From Anaeramoeba ignava BMAN (lineage: Eukaryota; Protista; Anaeramoebae), in NCBI GenBank assembly GCA_028826165.1, contig JAPDFW010000022.1:124001-188000 (forward strand): a stretch of DNA of 64,000 nt. The letters are read 5' to 3'. Numbering within the stretch: position 1 is the stretch's first letter; every line of letters starts with the position of its first letter. A model generated the notes under the pieces. That model was not told the DNA's origin. It was given only the letters and a program-made list of their open reading frames with translations, and ran no database searches. A program made the position numbers and the translations under genes. Shown here piece by piece: positions 13,039-24,776 of this stretch.

Positions 13039-14614
13039 ATGGTAGATCTTGATGCTTTTGATAATTTATATGGAGAAACAAAACAGTCGTAAAAATCCTA
13101 TTCAATTTATAACTAAAAATTAAAATTCAAATTGAAATTCAAAATTCAAATTGAAATTCATTTTGAAATTCATTTTGAAATTCATTTTGAAATTCATTTT
13201 GAAATTCAAATTAAAATTAAAATTAAAATTTAAAATTCAATTTAAAATTAAAATTCATTTTGAAATTCATTTTGAAATTCATTTTGAAATTAAAATTAAA
13301 ATTCATTTTGAAATTCATTTAAAAATTCAAATTCATTTTAAAATTCATTTTAAATTTTAAATTTAAAATTCAAAATTATAATTCGTTAGCGAAAACCCTT
13401 TTCGTCAACAATCAGAATTTGAAGAAGAAAAAACACCAAAAATATTATTAATGGGACTTAAAAAAAGTGGAAAAACAAGTATCAAGCATGTTGTTTTTTA
13501 CAAAATGCCACCAAATAAAACAATTGAGCTTGAAAGCACACCAACATTGGTTCAATCAGATATCTCCAATTCATCTTTTATTAAATTTCAAATTTGGGAA
13601 TTTCCCGGACAACTTGATTTTTTTGATTCAACTTTCGATTCAATAGGAATATTTGATAACTGCCAAACAATCATTTACGTTATTGACTCACAAGAGGAGG
13701 TTCCCGAATCTGTGTCCAATCTCGCCAAAACAATACATCATATCCATAAAAATAACTACCACAAAATTGGAAACAAACAAGATGAAAAAACAATTGAAAT
13801 GAATTTCGAAGTTTTTATTCACAAAGTGGAACGTTTAACTGACGAAGGAAAAAACGATTTGCAAAACGATATCGAACAAAGAGTGCTCGAGTTGCTCTCT
13901 GAAAATAACCTCGAAAACGAGTTTGAAATCCGTTATTATTGCACAAGTATTTATGACTACTCAATTTTTCAGGCGTTTTCAAAAGTCATCCAAAGACTCA
14001 TCCCTCAATATGCAACTCTTGAAAATCTTTTGGACCAACTTGTCAAAAACTCAAAGATTGAAAAAGTTTTTCTATTCGATGTTCTCTCTCGGATTTATGT
14101 CGCAACCGATTCTTCTCCTGTTGAAGATGATGTTTATGAACTTTGCAGTGAATTCATCACAATGATTTTTGATTTTTCAAATGTTTATTCAGTTGGCAAA
14201 ATCCAAACTAACAAACCAATCAAATCTCAGGATTCTTGGATCTCAAACACTTTTGATAATGATATCAATAACGAAATTGATTTGGAAATTGATTTGGATC
14301 AAAACATCCAAAAAAATCAATCAAACTCAAATAACACTAACAAATCTAATAAATCATCCCAAGTTATAAACGAAAGAAATTCCGCAGTCGTTAAACTTCA
14401 AACAAAAAACGTTTTGTATTTTTATGAAGTCAATGATTATCTTTCTTTGGTTTGTTTGATTCCTGAAAAAGATTTTGATTTTCAAGGTTTGATTGTTTAT
14501 AACTTTGAAAACTTTCGTCAAGCAATTTCTCAAATTTTCAAATTGGACCACATCAATTTATTTAAAAGATTCGGTTCCAAATTCGATTTAGTTAACCGAG
14601 AAAAATTGAAATGA
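13039..14614 (+). CDS. RRAGC: Rag GTPase RagC/RagD (Gtr2)
   Basis: Exons 13039-13088 and 13390-14614. PKILLMGLKKSGKTSI, VFYKMPPNKTIELEST, FQIWEFPGQLDFFD, FEVFIHKVE, TSIYDYSIFQAFSKVIQRLIP, roadblock domain FLFDVLSRIYVATDSSPV. Confidence 0.93.
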
Positions 14615-14753
14615 TTTTCTTTTTTCTTTTTTCTTTTAAATTTGGAAAACAAAAAAAAAAAGAAGAACGAAAATCAAATCCAAAAAATAATAAAATTTAA
14701 TTTTTTTAATTTTTATTTTCAATTTTCAATTTTCATTTTTTTTTTAAATATTA

Positions 14754-17700
14754 ATGGGAAATAAAAGTTTTATTGAAGCAGTACAAAAAGAAAATGAAGA
14801 AAAAATTAAACAAATTTTTCATAAAGGAAAAAATTTAGATAAAAGAGATGTAAATAAAAAATAAATTCAAAACATTGCATTTTTAAACCTTTTTTATTTA
14901 TAATTTTTTTTATTAGGAAGTTTGCTTTTGTTTTCTTTAAATTTTCTTTAATTTTTTAATCTCAATTTTTCCTTTTTTTATTTTATTAAAAAATTTTAGT
15001 TTGTAAAAATTATAAAAAATTTTCAACTTTATTGAAATAATAATTTTAATAATTTATTTTCAGAATAATTCTCCACTTCATGTTGCTTTAAGACATCGCG
15101 CTTCATTTAAAATTGTCTCTCTTTTAATTTCTTTGGGTGCAGATGTAAAAGCAGTTAATGTACATTTTAATTCATTTATTTTTTAAAAAAAAAAACACAA
15201 AAAATAAAATTTCAATTTAAAATCATTTTTAATTAAAGGATGTAATTTTTATCAAAGAATTCATTTTAAAAAATCAAAATTAATTTATTAAATAAAGGAA
15301 GTAATATTTATTCAATAAAAATATAGATAATTATTTATTTATTAATTTTAGAATGCAACAATTCTTCATACTGCTTTGAAAATGGGGAGTTCTTATGAAA
15401 TTATCAAACTCTTAATAGATTCCGGATGTAATTTAAAAGCAGTCAATGTAATTAAAGTTAATTCTTTTTTTTGTTCCTCCTTCAATTTTAATTTTTACAA
15501 ATAATTTTTTAGAATGTAAAAACCAGAGAAATTACTTCTTTCTTTTTTTCTATAGATTGAAAAATATTCATTTAATTGTTTTCGTTTTGTTTTTAGTCCG
15601 TAAATTATCTTTATTAAAAAAAAATATATAAATTTCTTTTAACATTTTCAAATTAAAATTTTTATTTTTAGCTTAATTCATTAATACACTATGCAGTTAT
15701 ATATCAAGCTACTTTTGAAACAATTAAATTATTAATTGAATCTGGTGCTGATTTTGATTCACCAAATGTTTATATTTTGCTAAATTTGAAGTTATACATT
15801 TTCATTTAAATGAAAATCAATAAAAATAATAGAACGTAAATTTATTTTTTTAATCCAAATAATATTATTTAGTTTTGATTAAACTTACTTTAAAAAATTT
15901 TTTTTTTCTTTTAGATTGTATTTAATCAAAATTCTTTTTTTTTATTATAAATTGATATATTTTTATAAATTTGAATATAGCAAAATACTCCTCTACTTTC
16001 AGCTTGTATAAATAGTTCTCCTTGTGAAGTAATTTCCTTACTAATTTCTTCAGGAGCATCTGTTTCAACATCAAATGTTTTTTTTTACAAAAGAAAAATA
16101 AATCTTTTGCATTTCTTGTTATTTAATAATTAATATTTTTAGAAAGTATTTTATTTATATTTTTAACAAGAAAAGAAGAGAATTTACCCGTTTTTATAAT
16201 TTAGTATGTAATTTAGCAAAGAATATTCATCTTTTTTTTTCTAGATGATTAAATAGAATTTTTTAAAAAATAAAAAAAAAATAGAAAGAAAATTGTTTAC
16301 ATCATATTTGTAAACATCCAAATAATGAATCTATTGTGAAACTTTTAATTTCTCATGGAATTGATGTGAATGAAAAAGATGTAAAAACAAAATTCTTAAA
16401 ACAAAAAAAAGAGAATAACAATTAATAACCTTTTTTTTTCAGAATGTAAAATTATTTTCTTTTTTTTGAAATTTTTCATTTAATTTTATAACTTTAAATA
16501 TTATTTATTTTTTTTTAGTATGTATTTTAATCATAAAATAAAAATAAGAAAATAATTAAAATCATAAAAATAAATAGAAAAACACTGCACTTCATTATTC
16601 TGTATGGCATAAATCTGGACTTGAAGTTGCAAAAATATTAATTAATTCAAATGCAAAAGTTAATCTGAGAAATGTATTTTTAAAATTTAAAAATGAATCA
16701 AATTTGAAAATTTTTAAATTTTTTTATTAATTAGTATGTAAATAATTTGAGATTCTTCCATTTTAAGTATTTTTGTAATTTTTTTTAAATCTTTATTTTA
16801 GAGAGTAATTGAAACAAAAAAAGGTTGTTTTATTTTTTTTAATAATATATAAATTTTAATCATTTTGAAAACTAGGGAAATACACCTTTACATACTGCTT
16901 TAAGATATAATCCTGATCTTGAATTAATAAAATTACTTGTTTATTCTGGTGCAGATGTGAATATTGCAGATGTATTTTTTCAAAAAAAACATTTCTTTTT
17001 CTTCATTTTTTATTCAATATCCATTTAGTATGTAAAAAATCAAACATATTTTTTTTAGGGAATAATAAGGAAAATCAAATAACATTTTTTTTGTTTTAGA
17101 ATGTAAATATGCTTTTTTTTTTTTTGAGTTGTTTTATTAAATAGATATTTTTTTAATCGTAATATTAACATAAATAATTCATTTATAGAATAATACTCCA
17201 ATGCATTTTGTATGTTCAAAGCATGATCCAAATGAAGAAATTGTTGAAATTGTTAAATTCTTATTATCAACTGGAGCGAATATTACCAAAAAAAATGTAG
17301 AAAAAAAAAATCTGTTTTTATTCATTATTATTATTATTATTTAATATGAAAATTATAGAAAGTATAAAATAATAATTATTTAAAAAGAAATGAAACAGGA
17401 AAAAAAATTAAAATATTTGATAAAATTTAGTGGGTAATTTAAATATATAATGAAAGTATATAATTTAAATATAATAAAAATATATATTTTAATTAAAGGG
17501 AGAATCACCTATTGATTTAGCAAAAACTAAAGAAATTAAAGATTTGTTCAAATGCCATTTATCTGTGGTTGAAGATTTCAAAACATTTCTACAAAGACAA
17601 GAGGAAACAAACATTTCTTTTCAAGTTGAAGATGGAGAATTGCATTTAAATAAGACAATACTGAAAATGAGAATAGGAGAAGATGGAATCAATCAACTCA

Positions 17701-18512
17701 AACTTTTAACAAAACATCAAAAAATGCAGAACATAATGGGATTAATCAAATGGATTTATTATGGAAAACCACCTCATAAACTAAAAAATGATGAAAAAGA
17801 TAAAATACATGACAATCAGGATCAATCACTTGAAAGACAGGATTCAAGAAATTTTGATACTCCATTTAAAGAAAACACAATGCAAAGTGGAAAACTCGAT
17901 TCAAGAATAAATAGTCTTTCAGAAAACACATCAATTACAAATACAGGAAATTCACCACAACATATTCGAGTAGTAAAAGGATTGGTTGATGATAGTTTTG
18001 ACATGGAAAAAGAAGAAATTTTAGAAATGGAAAAAAACAAATTTTTAAATTATTTAAAGTTTCTCAATCTTGGAGATGAATTTTCAAAAAAATCATATCG
18101 ACCCGGATTAGTTCTTGACTTGAAAAAGTTGTGGGAAGATGAAGAAAGCAAAGATTTCAAAATCATTGCAGAAAATTCCGTTATTAAGGTTCACCGAGCC
18201 ATTTTGTATGTAAGATCAGAATTATTTCGCGGAATGTTTTTGCTTAATAAAGATGATAAATCCGACCAAGTTTCTGATTACAGTGAAAGAAGTGCAAAAG
18301 CAATAAGTGCTTTAATGAAGTTTTTATATACTGATGAACTTGATGTTGATTTAGATGAGAAAATTCTTTTTGAACTTGAAGGTGCTGAAGATTATTATCA
18401 ATTAAATGAAAATTCTTCACTTCCGTTACAATTAACTGAAGTAAGAAAATATCAATATAAAAAGCAAATTGAAGAAAGAATCCAAGAACAAAAAAAAAAG
18501 GATCAAAAATAG
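14754..18512 (+). CDS. Ankyrin-repeat + BTB protein (~647 aa), 28 exons including 18 single-codon micro-exons
   Basis: Large exons: 14754-14849, 15064-15159, 15352-15447, 15672-15767, 15981-16076, 16285-16380, 16578-16673, 16876-16971 (each 96 nt), 17189-17296 (108 nt), 17499-18512. Internal large exons each encode one ankyrin repeat (e.g. GNTPLHTALRYNPDLELIKLLVYSGADVNIAD). All introns are phase 0 GT-AG. C-terminal BTB: SKDFKIIAENSVIKVHRAILYVRSELFRGMF. Confidence 0.92.
14917..17433 (+). other. 18 three-nucleotide micro-exons (AG|NNN|GT), two per ankyrin junction
   Basis: 14917-19 GAA E, 15000-02 TTT F; 15239-41 GAT D, 15298-300 GAA E; 15513-15 AAT N, 15597-99 TCC S; 15833-35 AAC N, 15915-17 ATT I; 16143-45 AAA K, 16205-07 TAT Y; 16443-45 AAT N, 16519-21 TAT Y; 16735-37 TAT Y, 16802-04 AGA R; 17029-31 TAT Y, 17100-02 AAT N; 17359-61 AAA K, 17431-33 TGG W. 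The resulting 27 introns are 51-86 nt. Confidence 0.88.
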
Positions 18513-19114
18513 GGAAAATATTTTTTTCAACAAACAAAAAACAAAATAAAAACTAAAAATAAAAATAAAAATAAAAATAAAAAATAAATAAAAAGATTAA
18601 AAAATCTGAATAATTTTTAAAATAAAAATAAAAATAAAAACAAAAAAAAATAAAAATAAAAACAAAAGATTAATAATTTTTGAATAATTTTTAAGATAAA
18701 TTAAAAGAAAGAATCCCCAGAAAAAATAAAAACAAAAACAAAAACAAAAATAAAAATAAAAATAAAAATAAATTTTGAATAATTTTTAAGATAAATTAAA
18801 AGATAAATTAAAGAAAGAATCCAAAAATAAAAAATAAAAAAAAAAAAAAAAGATTAATAATTTTTGAATAATTTTTTAAGATAAATAAAAAGATAAATTT
18901 AAGAAAGAATCCAAAAATAAAAACAAAAAATAAAAAGATTAATTTTTTAAGATAAATTAAAAGATAAATTCGTTTTTTCCAACAAGACAATTTTAATTTA
19001 ATTTTTTTTTTTTTTTTTTTTTAATTTTTCTTTTGATCAATTTTTTTTCATTTTTTTTTATTTTTATTTTTGTTTTTATTATTTTTATTATTTGCAAAAT
19101 CCTATTTAAATCTA

Positions 19115-22100
19115 ATGGGAAATGCACAAGTTAAAGATAAGAATCAAAAAAATATTTTTGTTTTAAATAAAAGATTAACGAAATTTCCACCAGAACTTAA
19201 ACAATGTCACCAATTCACACTTCTAAACTTATCACTAAATTACATTTCAGAAATCCCGACATTTATGGAAGAAAAAACGCAATTACAATCATTATATCTA
19301 TCTTCGAATAACTTCACAGAAATATCTCCAATTATTTTCAATTTACCACATTTGGAAACACTTAGTTTAACGAACAATTATATCACTTCAATTCCTCGAA
19401 ATATTAATTACTTACAAGAACTAACGTCATTGCAACTTTCTCATAATAAAATAACCTCAATTGAAAATTCTAATTATAAACATCTTTCAAAACTTAATGA
19501 AATTTTTCTTGATGTCAATCAACTGCAAAGTCTTCCTTCTTGCTTTGCATCTTTGCAAGGTCTTCGTTTACTTTGTCTTTCTTACAATAAGTTTTCTTCA
19601 ATTCCTTCTCCAATTTTTAACCTTTCTCACTTGCAAATTTTGGAACTTGCTGGAAATGATATTGATATTATTCCTGAAAATATTTCTAAGCTTTCCAAAC
19701 TAAAAAAATTGGATTTGCGCTCAAATAAAATTAATATCATCCACAAATCTATTGGTGATCTTAAAGAGCTTTCTCATCTTAATCTCCAATCAAATCGTTT
19801 GAAAACTTTACCTTCTTCTATTTCTAAATTACAGTTTCTTATTTATTTAAATTTGAAAAATAATCAATTTGATACTTTTCCTGAAGTTCTTTTAGAATTT
19901 AAATTGTTGAAGGATTTTCAATTTTCTCAAAATAAAATTCATTTTAAAATTAAAAAAGAAAATTCAAAAGAAAATCCAAAAGAAAATCAAAATCAAAAAG
20001 AAAATTTGAAAGAAAATTTGAAAGAAAATTCAAAAGAAAATTCAAAAAAAAATCAGAAACAAAATCAAAAAGAAAATTTGAAAGAAAATTCAAAAGAAAA
20101 TCAGAAAGAAAATTTGAAAGAAAATTTGAAAGAAAATTTGAAAGAAAATCAAAATCAAAATCAAAATCAAAAAGAAAATCAGAAAGAAAATCAAAATCAA
20201 AATCAAAAAGAAAATCAAAAAGAAAACCAAAAAGAAAATCAAAATCAAAATCAAAATCAAAAAGAAAATCAAAAAGAAAATCAAAATCAAAATCAAAATC
20301 AAAATCAAAATCAAAATCAAAATCAAAATCAAAATCAAAAAGAAAATCTGAAAGAAAATCAAAATCAAAATCAAAATCAAAAAGAAAACCAAAAAGAAAA
20401 TTCAAAAGAAAATCAAAAAGAAAACCAAAAAGAAAATTCAAAAGAAAATCAAAATCAAAATCAAAATCAAAATCAAAAAGAAAATCAAAAAGGAAACCAA
20501 AAAGAAAATTCAAAAGAAAATCAGAAAGAAAGTTTGAAAGAAAATCAGAAACAAAATCAAAAAGAAAATCAGAAAGAAAACCAAAATCAAAATCAAAATC
20601 AAAATCAAAATCAAAATCAAAATCAAAATCAGAAAGAAAATCAAAATCAAAATCAGAAAGAAAATCAAAATCAAAATCAAAATCAAAATCAAAATCAAAA
20701 CCAAAAACAAAATCAAAAACAAAATCAAAAACAAAATCAAAAACAAAAAGAAAAATTGAAAGAAAATCAAAAAGAAAACCAAAATCAAAAAGAAAATCAA
20801 AATCAAAAAGAAAATTTAAAAGATTTAAAAGATTTAAACGATTTAAATGATAATCCAAAATATCCTCTTCTTTCAGAATTAGATCTTAGCTTAAATAATA
20901 TTACAATTCTTCCTGATAATTTTTCCAAGAAACTCCAAAAATATCTCATCTATCTCTTCGTGGAAATATGATACAAAAACTCCCAAAATCAATTACTTCA
21001 ATGAAAATTCTATCATTTTTACTTTTACAAAATAATCAAATTCAAGATATTTCTTGTTTATGTTCTTTGACTTTATTGACTGATATTGATTTATCCAATA
21101 ACAAGATTAAACAAATTCCAAATGAATTTAGTAATTTAATTAACCTTGAAAAACTTAATTTATGCGATAATCAACTTTCGAGTCTTCCAACTGAATTCAA
21201 ATTATTAAATAAAATCAAAATCTTGAACTTATCTCGAAATTTGTAATTAGAAATTAAAATCAAAATTAAAACCAAAATTAAAATTAATATCGAAAATCAA
21301 AATCAAAATTAAAATTAAAATTAAAATTAAAATTAAAATTAAAATTAAAATTAAAATCAAATTTAAAATTAAAATTAAAATCAAATTCAAAATCAAAACC
21401 AAAATTAAAATCAATATTAAAATTAAAATCAATATTAAAATTAAAATTAAAATTAAAATCAAAATCAAAATTTAAATCAAAATCAAAATCAAAATTAAAA
21501 TTAAAATTAATATCGAAAATTAAAATCAATATTAAAATCAAAATCAATATCAAAATTAAAATTAAAATCAAAATCAAAATCAAAATTAAAATTAAAATTA
21601 AAATCAAAATCAAAATCAAAATTTAAATTAATTTTTGAAAAATTTTTCTAGATTTGAAATATTTCCAAGAGAAATTCTCAACAATTCACAAATGGAAAGA
21701 CTTTATATTTCACATTGTAAATTGACAAGAATCCCATCTTCAATAATTTGTCTTCAATCTTTAATTGAACTAAATGCAAGTTCAAATCAAATACGCAAAA
21801 TTCCATCCACATTCCAATTTCTTTCAAATATTTCAATCATTAATTTTAGTGATAATATGATTCGAAAAATTCCACAAAACATAGCAAAATTTTATAATAA
21901 ATCACAATCTACACAAGTTCGAATCAATCTTGCAAAAAATCATATAAGAAAGTTTCCACAACAAATATTTGAAATCCGACATCTTTTTGAAGTTGATATT
22001 TCTTATAATTTTATTAAAAAATTCCCAAAAAATGGATTTGAGAAATTAACGCATTTACGGAGTTTTAAAGTATCTCATAACAAAGCAAAATCTCTTGATC

Positions 22101-24667
22101 TTTCTTCTCTTTCAACCTTAAAAAATCTTCGTCATTTACATATTGAAGGAAATAAACTATCCAATAATTTCCACGATTTATTAAAACAAACAAAATGGAA
22201 TTCAAGTTGCAATATCCAAAGAAATCATCATAATCATAGTCCAAATCAAGTGAATAATAACAATAATTCTAATAATAACATAAAAAACGAAGACAAAACT
22301 GAACCAATTAATGAGAAAGATAAAAAAGAAAAAGATAAAAAAGAAAAAGATAAAAAACAAGATCAAAAGAAAAATGTAATTCGAATTCCTACTTTTCCTG
22401 CTCTAAATGAGCTTATTATCAGCGAAGATAAATCTTCTTCAATTAATATCGGCAAAAGTTTGATAACAAAACACAAGCAATTTGAAGTTGGATATTATGA
22501 ATTGTGGGGAAGAAGAAATTCTATGGAAGATTCAATTGATATTAAATGTCAATCGGAAAAGAATATTAAATTTGATTATTTTGCTGTTTTTGATGGACAT
22601 GGTGGTCGAGAATGTGCAGATTTGGCTGGATTAATTATTTTTCAAATGGTTAAAAAAAATTTGAAAAGATGGATGAAATTTAATGAAAATCAAAGTACAA
22701 GAAAATCAAATTAAAAATCAAAAATTAAAATTCAAAATTAAAAATTAAAAATTTAAAATTAAAATTAAAAATCAAAAATTAAAAATCAAAATTTAAAATT
22801 AAAAATCAAATTAAAATTAAAATTAAAAATCAAAAATTAAAATTAAAAATTAAAAAGAAAAAATAAGAGATGATAATAATAATCGACCATTTATTCAAGT
22901 TATTCATGAAATATTTCGAACTATTTTTAATGAATTTAATTCAATATTCTCTAAATTTCGAGATTCAAGTGGATCAACAGCTGTAATTGCTTTAGTAATT
23001 GATTCAGTTTGTTATGTTATTAATTCAGGAGATTCAAGATGTATTTTATGTCGTGATGGTAAAGCAATTAGAGTTTCAATTGATCATAAACCACAAGAAG
23101 CAAGAGAACGAGAAAGAATTTTAAAATATGGAGGTTATATTAATGATGAAGGGAGAATTAATGGAATATTAGCAGTTTCTCGAGGATTGGGTACAAAAAT
23201 TATAATTAAATTTAAATTTAAAATTCATTTATAAAATTAAAATTAAATTTAAAATTAAATTTAAAATTAAAATCAAAATTAAAATTAAAATTAAAATTAA
23301 AATCAAAATCAAAATCAAAATCAAAATTAAAATTAAAATTAAAATTAAAATTAAAATTAAAATCAAAATCAAAATCAAAATCAAAATTAAAATCAAAATC
23401 AAAATTAAAATCAAAATCAAAATTAAAATCAAAATCAAAATCAAAATCAAAATCAAAATCAAAATCAAAATCAAAATTAAAATTAAAATTTAAAATTAAA
23501 ATTAAAAAATTAATTTATAAACTTCTTTGATAAAAAATTTTCAAGGCGATTTCCAATATCATCCATTTTTAACTCATGAACCAGATGTTTTTGAATTCAA
23601 ATTAGATAAAAGAAATTCCCATTTAATTTTAGCTTGTGATGGATTATGGGATGTTGTTTCAGATGAAGAAGTTGCCAATTTAGCCATGAAAAGTGAAAAT
23701 GCAACTTCAGCTGCTATTAAATTAGTAAATTTAGCTTATAATAGAGGAAGTACTGATAATATTTCAGCAATTGTTATTCGTTTTTTTCCTGAAAAGAAAG
23801 TTAAAGATCCAAAATTACTTCAATCTGAAAAAAAAAAAATTTATGAAATTTATTTCAAAGATAAATCAACAGATCAAGATAAAGAACTTATTTGGAATCA
23901 AAAAGCTCTTCAACTTATAATGGAAATACAATCACAAAAAAAGAAAAATATTCGAAATGAAAATGAAAATGAAAATGAAAATGAAAATGAAGAAAATTTG
24001 AAAAAAAATTATAATGAAAATCTAACTGATAATTCAAGTGATAATTCAAGTGATAATTCAAGTGATAATTCAGATGATAATTCAGATGATAATTCAGATG
24101 ATAATTCAGATGATAATTTATATGACAATTTTGATGAAAATTTTTATCGAAATCTAAAAGAAAACATAAAAAGAGATCTCAAAGAAAATCCAAATTTAAA
24201 AGAAATTCCATTTGTAAATGAAAATGAAAATGAAAATCAAAATCAAAATCAAGATCAAAATCAAAAAGAAAAAGAAAAAGAAAAAGAAAAAGAAAATCAA
24301 AATCAAAAAGAAAATGAAAAGAAAATCAAAAAAAAGAAAATGAAAAAGAAAATGAAAAAGAAAATGAAAAAGAAAATGTAAATGAAAATCAAAAAGAAAA
24401 TCAAAAAGAAAATCAAAATCAAAATCAAAATGAAAATCAAAAAGAAAACGAAATTGGAAATGAAAATCAAAAAGAAAACCAATTTCAAAAAGAAAACAAT
24501 GAAAATTCAAACCAAATTTAAATTAAAATTTAAAATCAAAATCAAAATCAAAATCAAAAAGAAAACAATGAAAATTCAAACCAAATTTAAAATCAAATTT
24601 AAAATCAAATTTAAAATCAAATTTAAAATCAAAATCAAAATCAAATTGGAAATCAAATCCAAAAATG
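19115..24667 (+). CDS. LRR + PP2C (PPM) phosphatase, PHLPP-like architecture, with NQKE low-complexity insert and tail
   Basis: ATG 19115 (MGNAQ). Many LxxLxLxxNxL repeats. Homopolymer frameshift near 20930; introns 21243-21651, ~22695-22869, ~23192-23545. PP2C motifs GRRNSMED, FAVFDGHGG, SGSTA, NSGDSR, DHKP, LAVSRGLGD, ILACDGLWD, GSTDNIS. The 3' end is uncertain (24381 or ~24667) because of slips in the repeat. Confidence 0.85.
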
Positions 24668-24776
24668 AAAATAAATCTTTGTTGCTTTTTTCCTTTTACT
24701 TTTTATTTTAATTTTAATTTAAGTTTGAATTTGAATTGAAAATTTTTGAAAAGAAACAATTTTTATTATATTCCTT

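Noticed and set aside
15541-16250. Extra pyrimidine-tract+AG sites inside ankyrin introns (TATAG|ATT|GA at 15555, CTAG|ATG|AT at 16244) as additional or dead micro-exons
   Set aside because: No GT follows the triplet, and they lie only ~37-40 nt from the upstream donor, below the 51-nt minimum intron seen here.
20925-20970. Programmed frameshifting or pseudogenisation at single-base frame breaks (2840, 3155, 20930, 27360, 46330, 58020, 60150, 62072)
   Set aside because: Nearly all lie in or beside A/T homopolymers or simple repeats within otherwise intact genes, so long-read consensus error is the simpler explanation; short-read polishing is needed.
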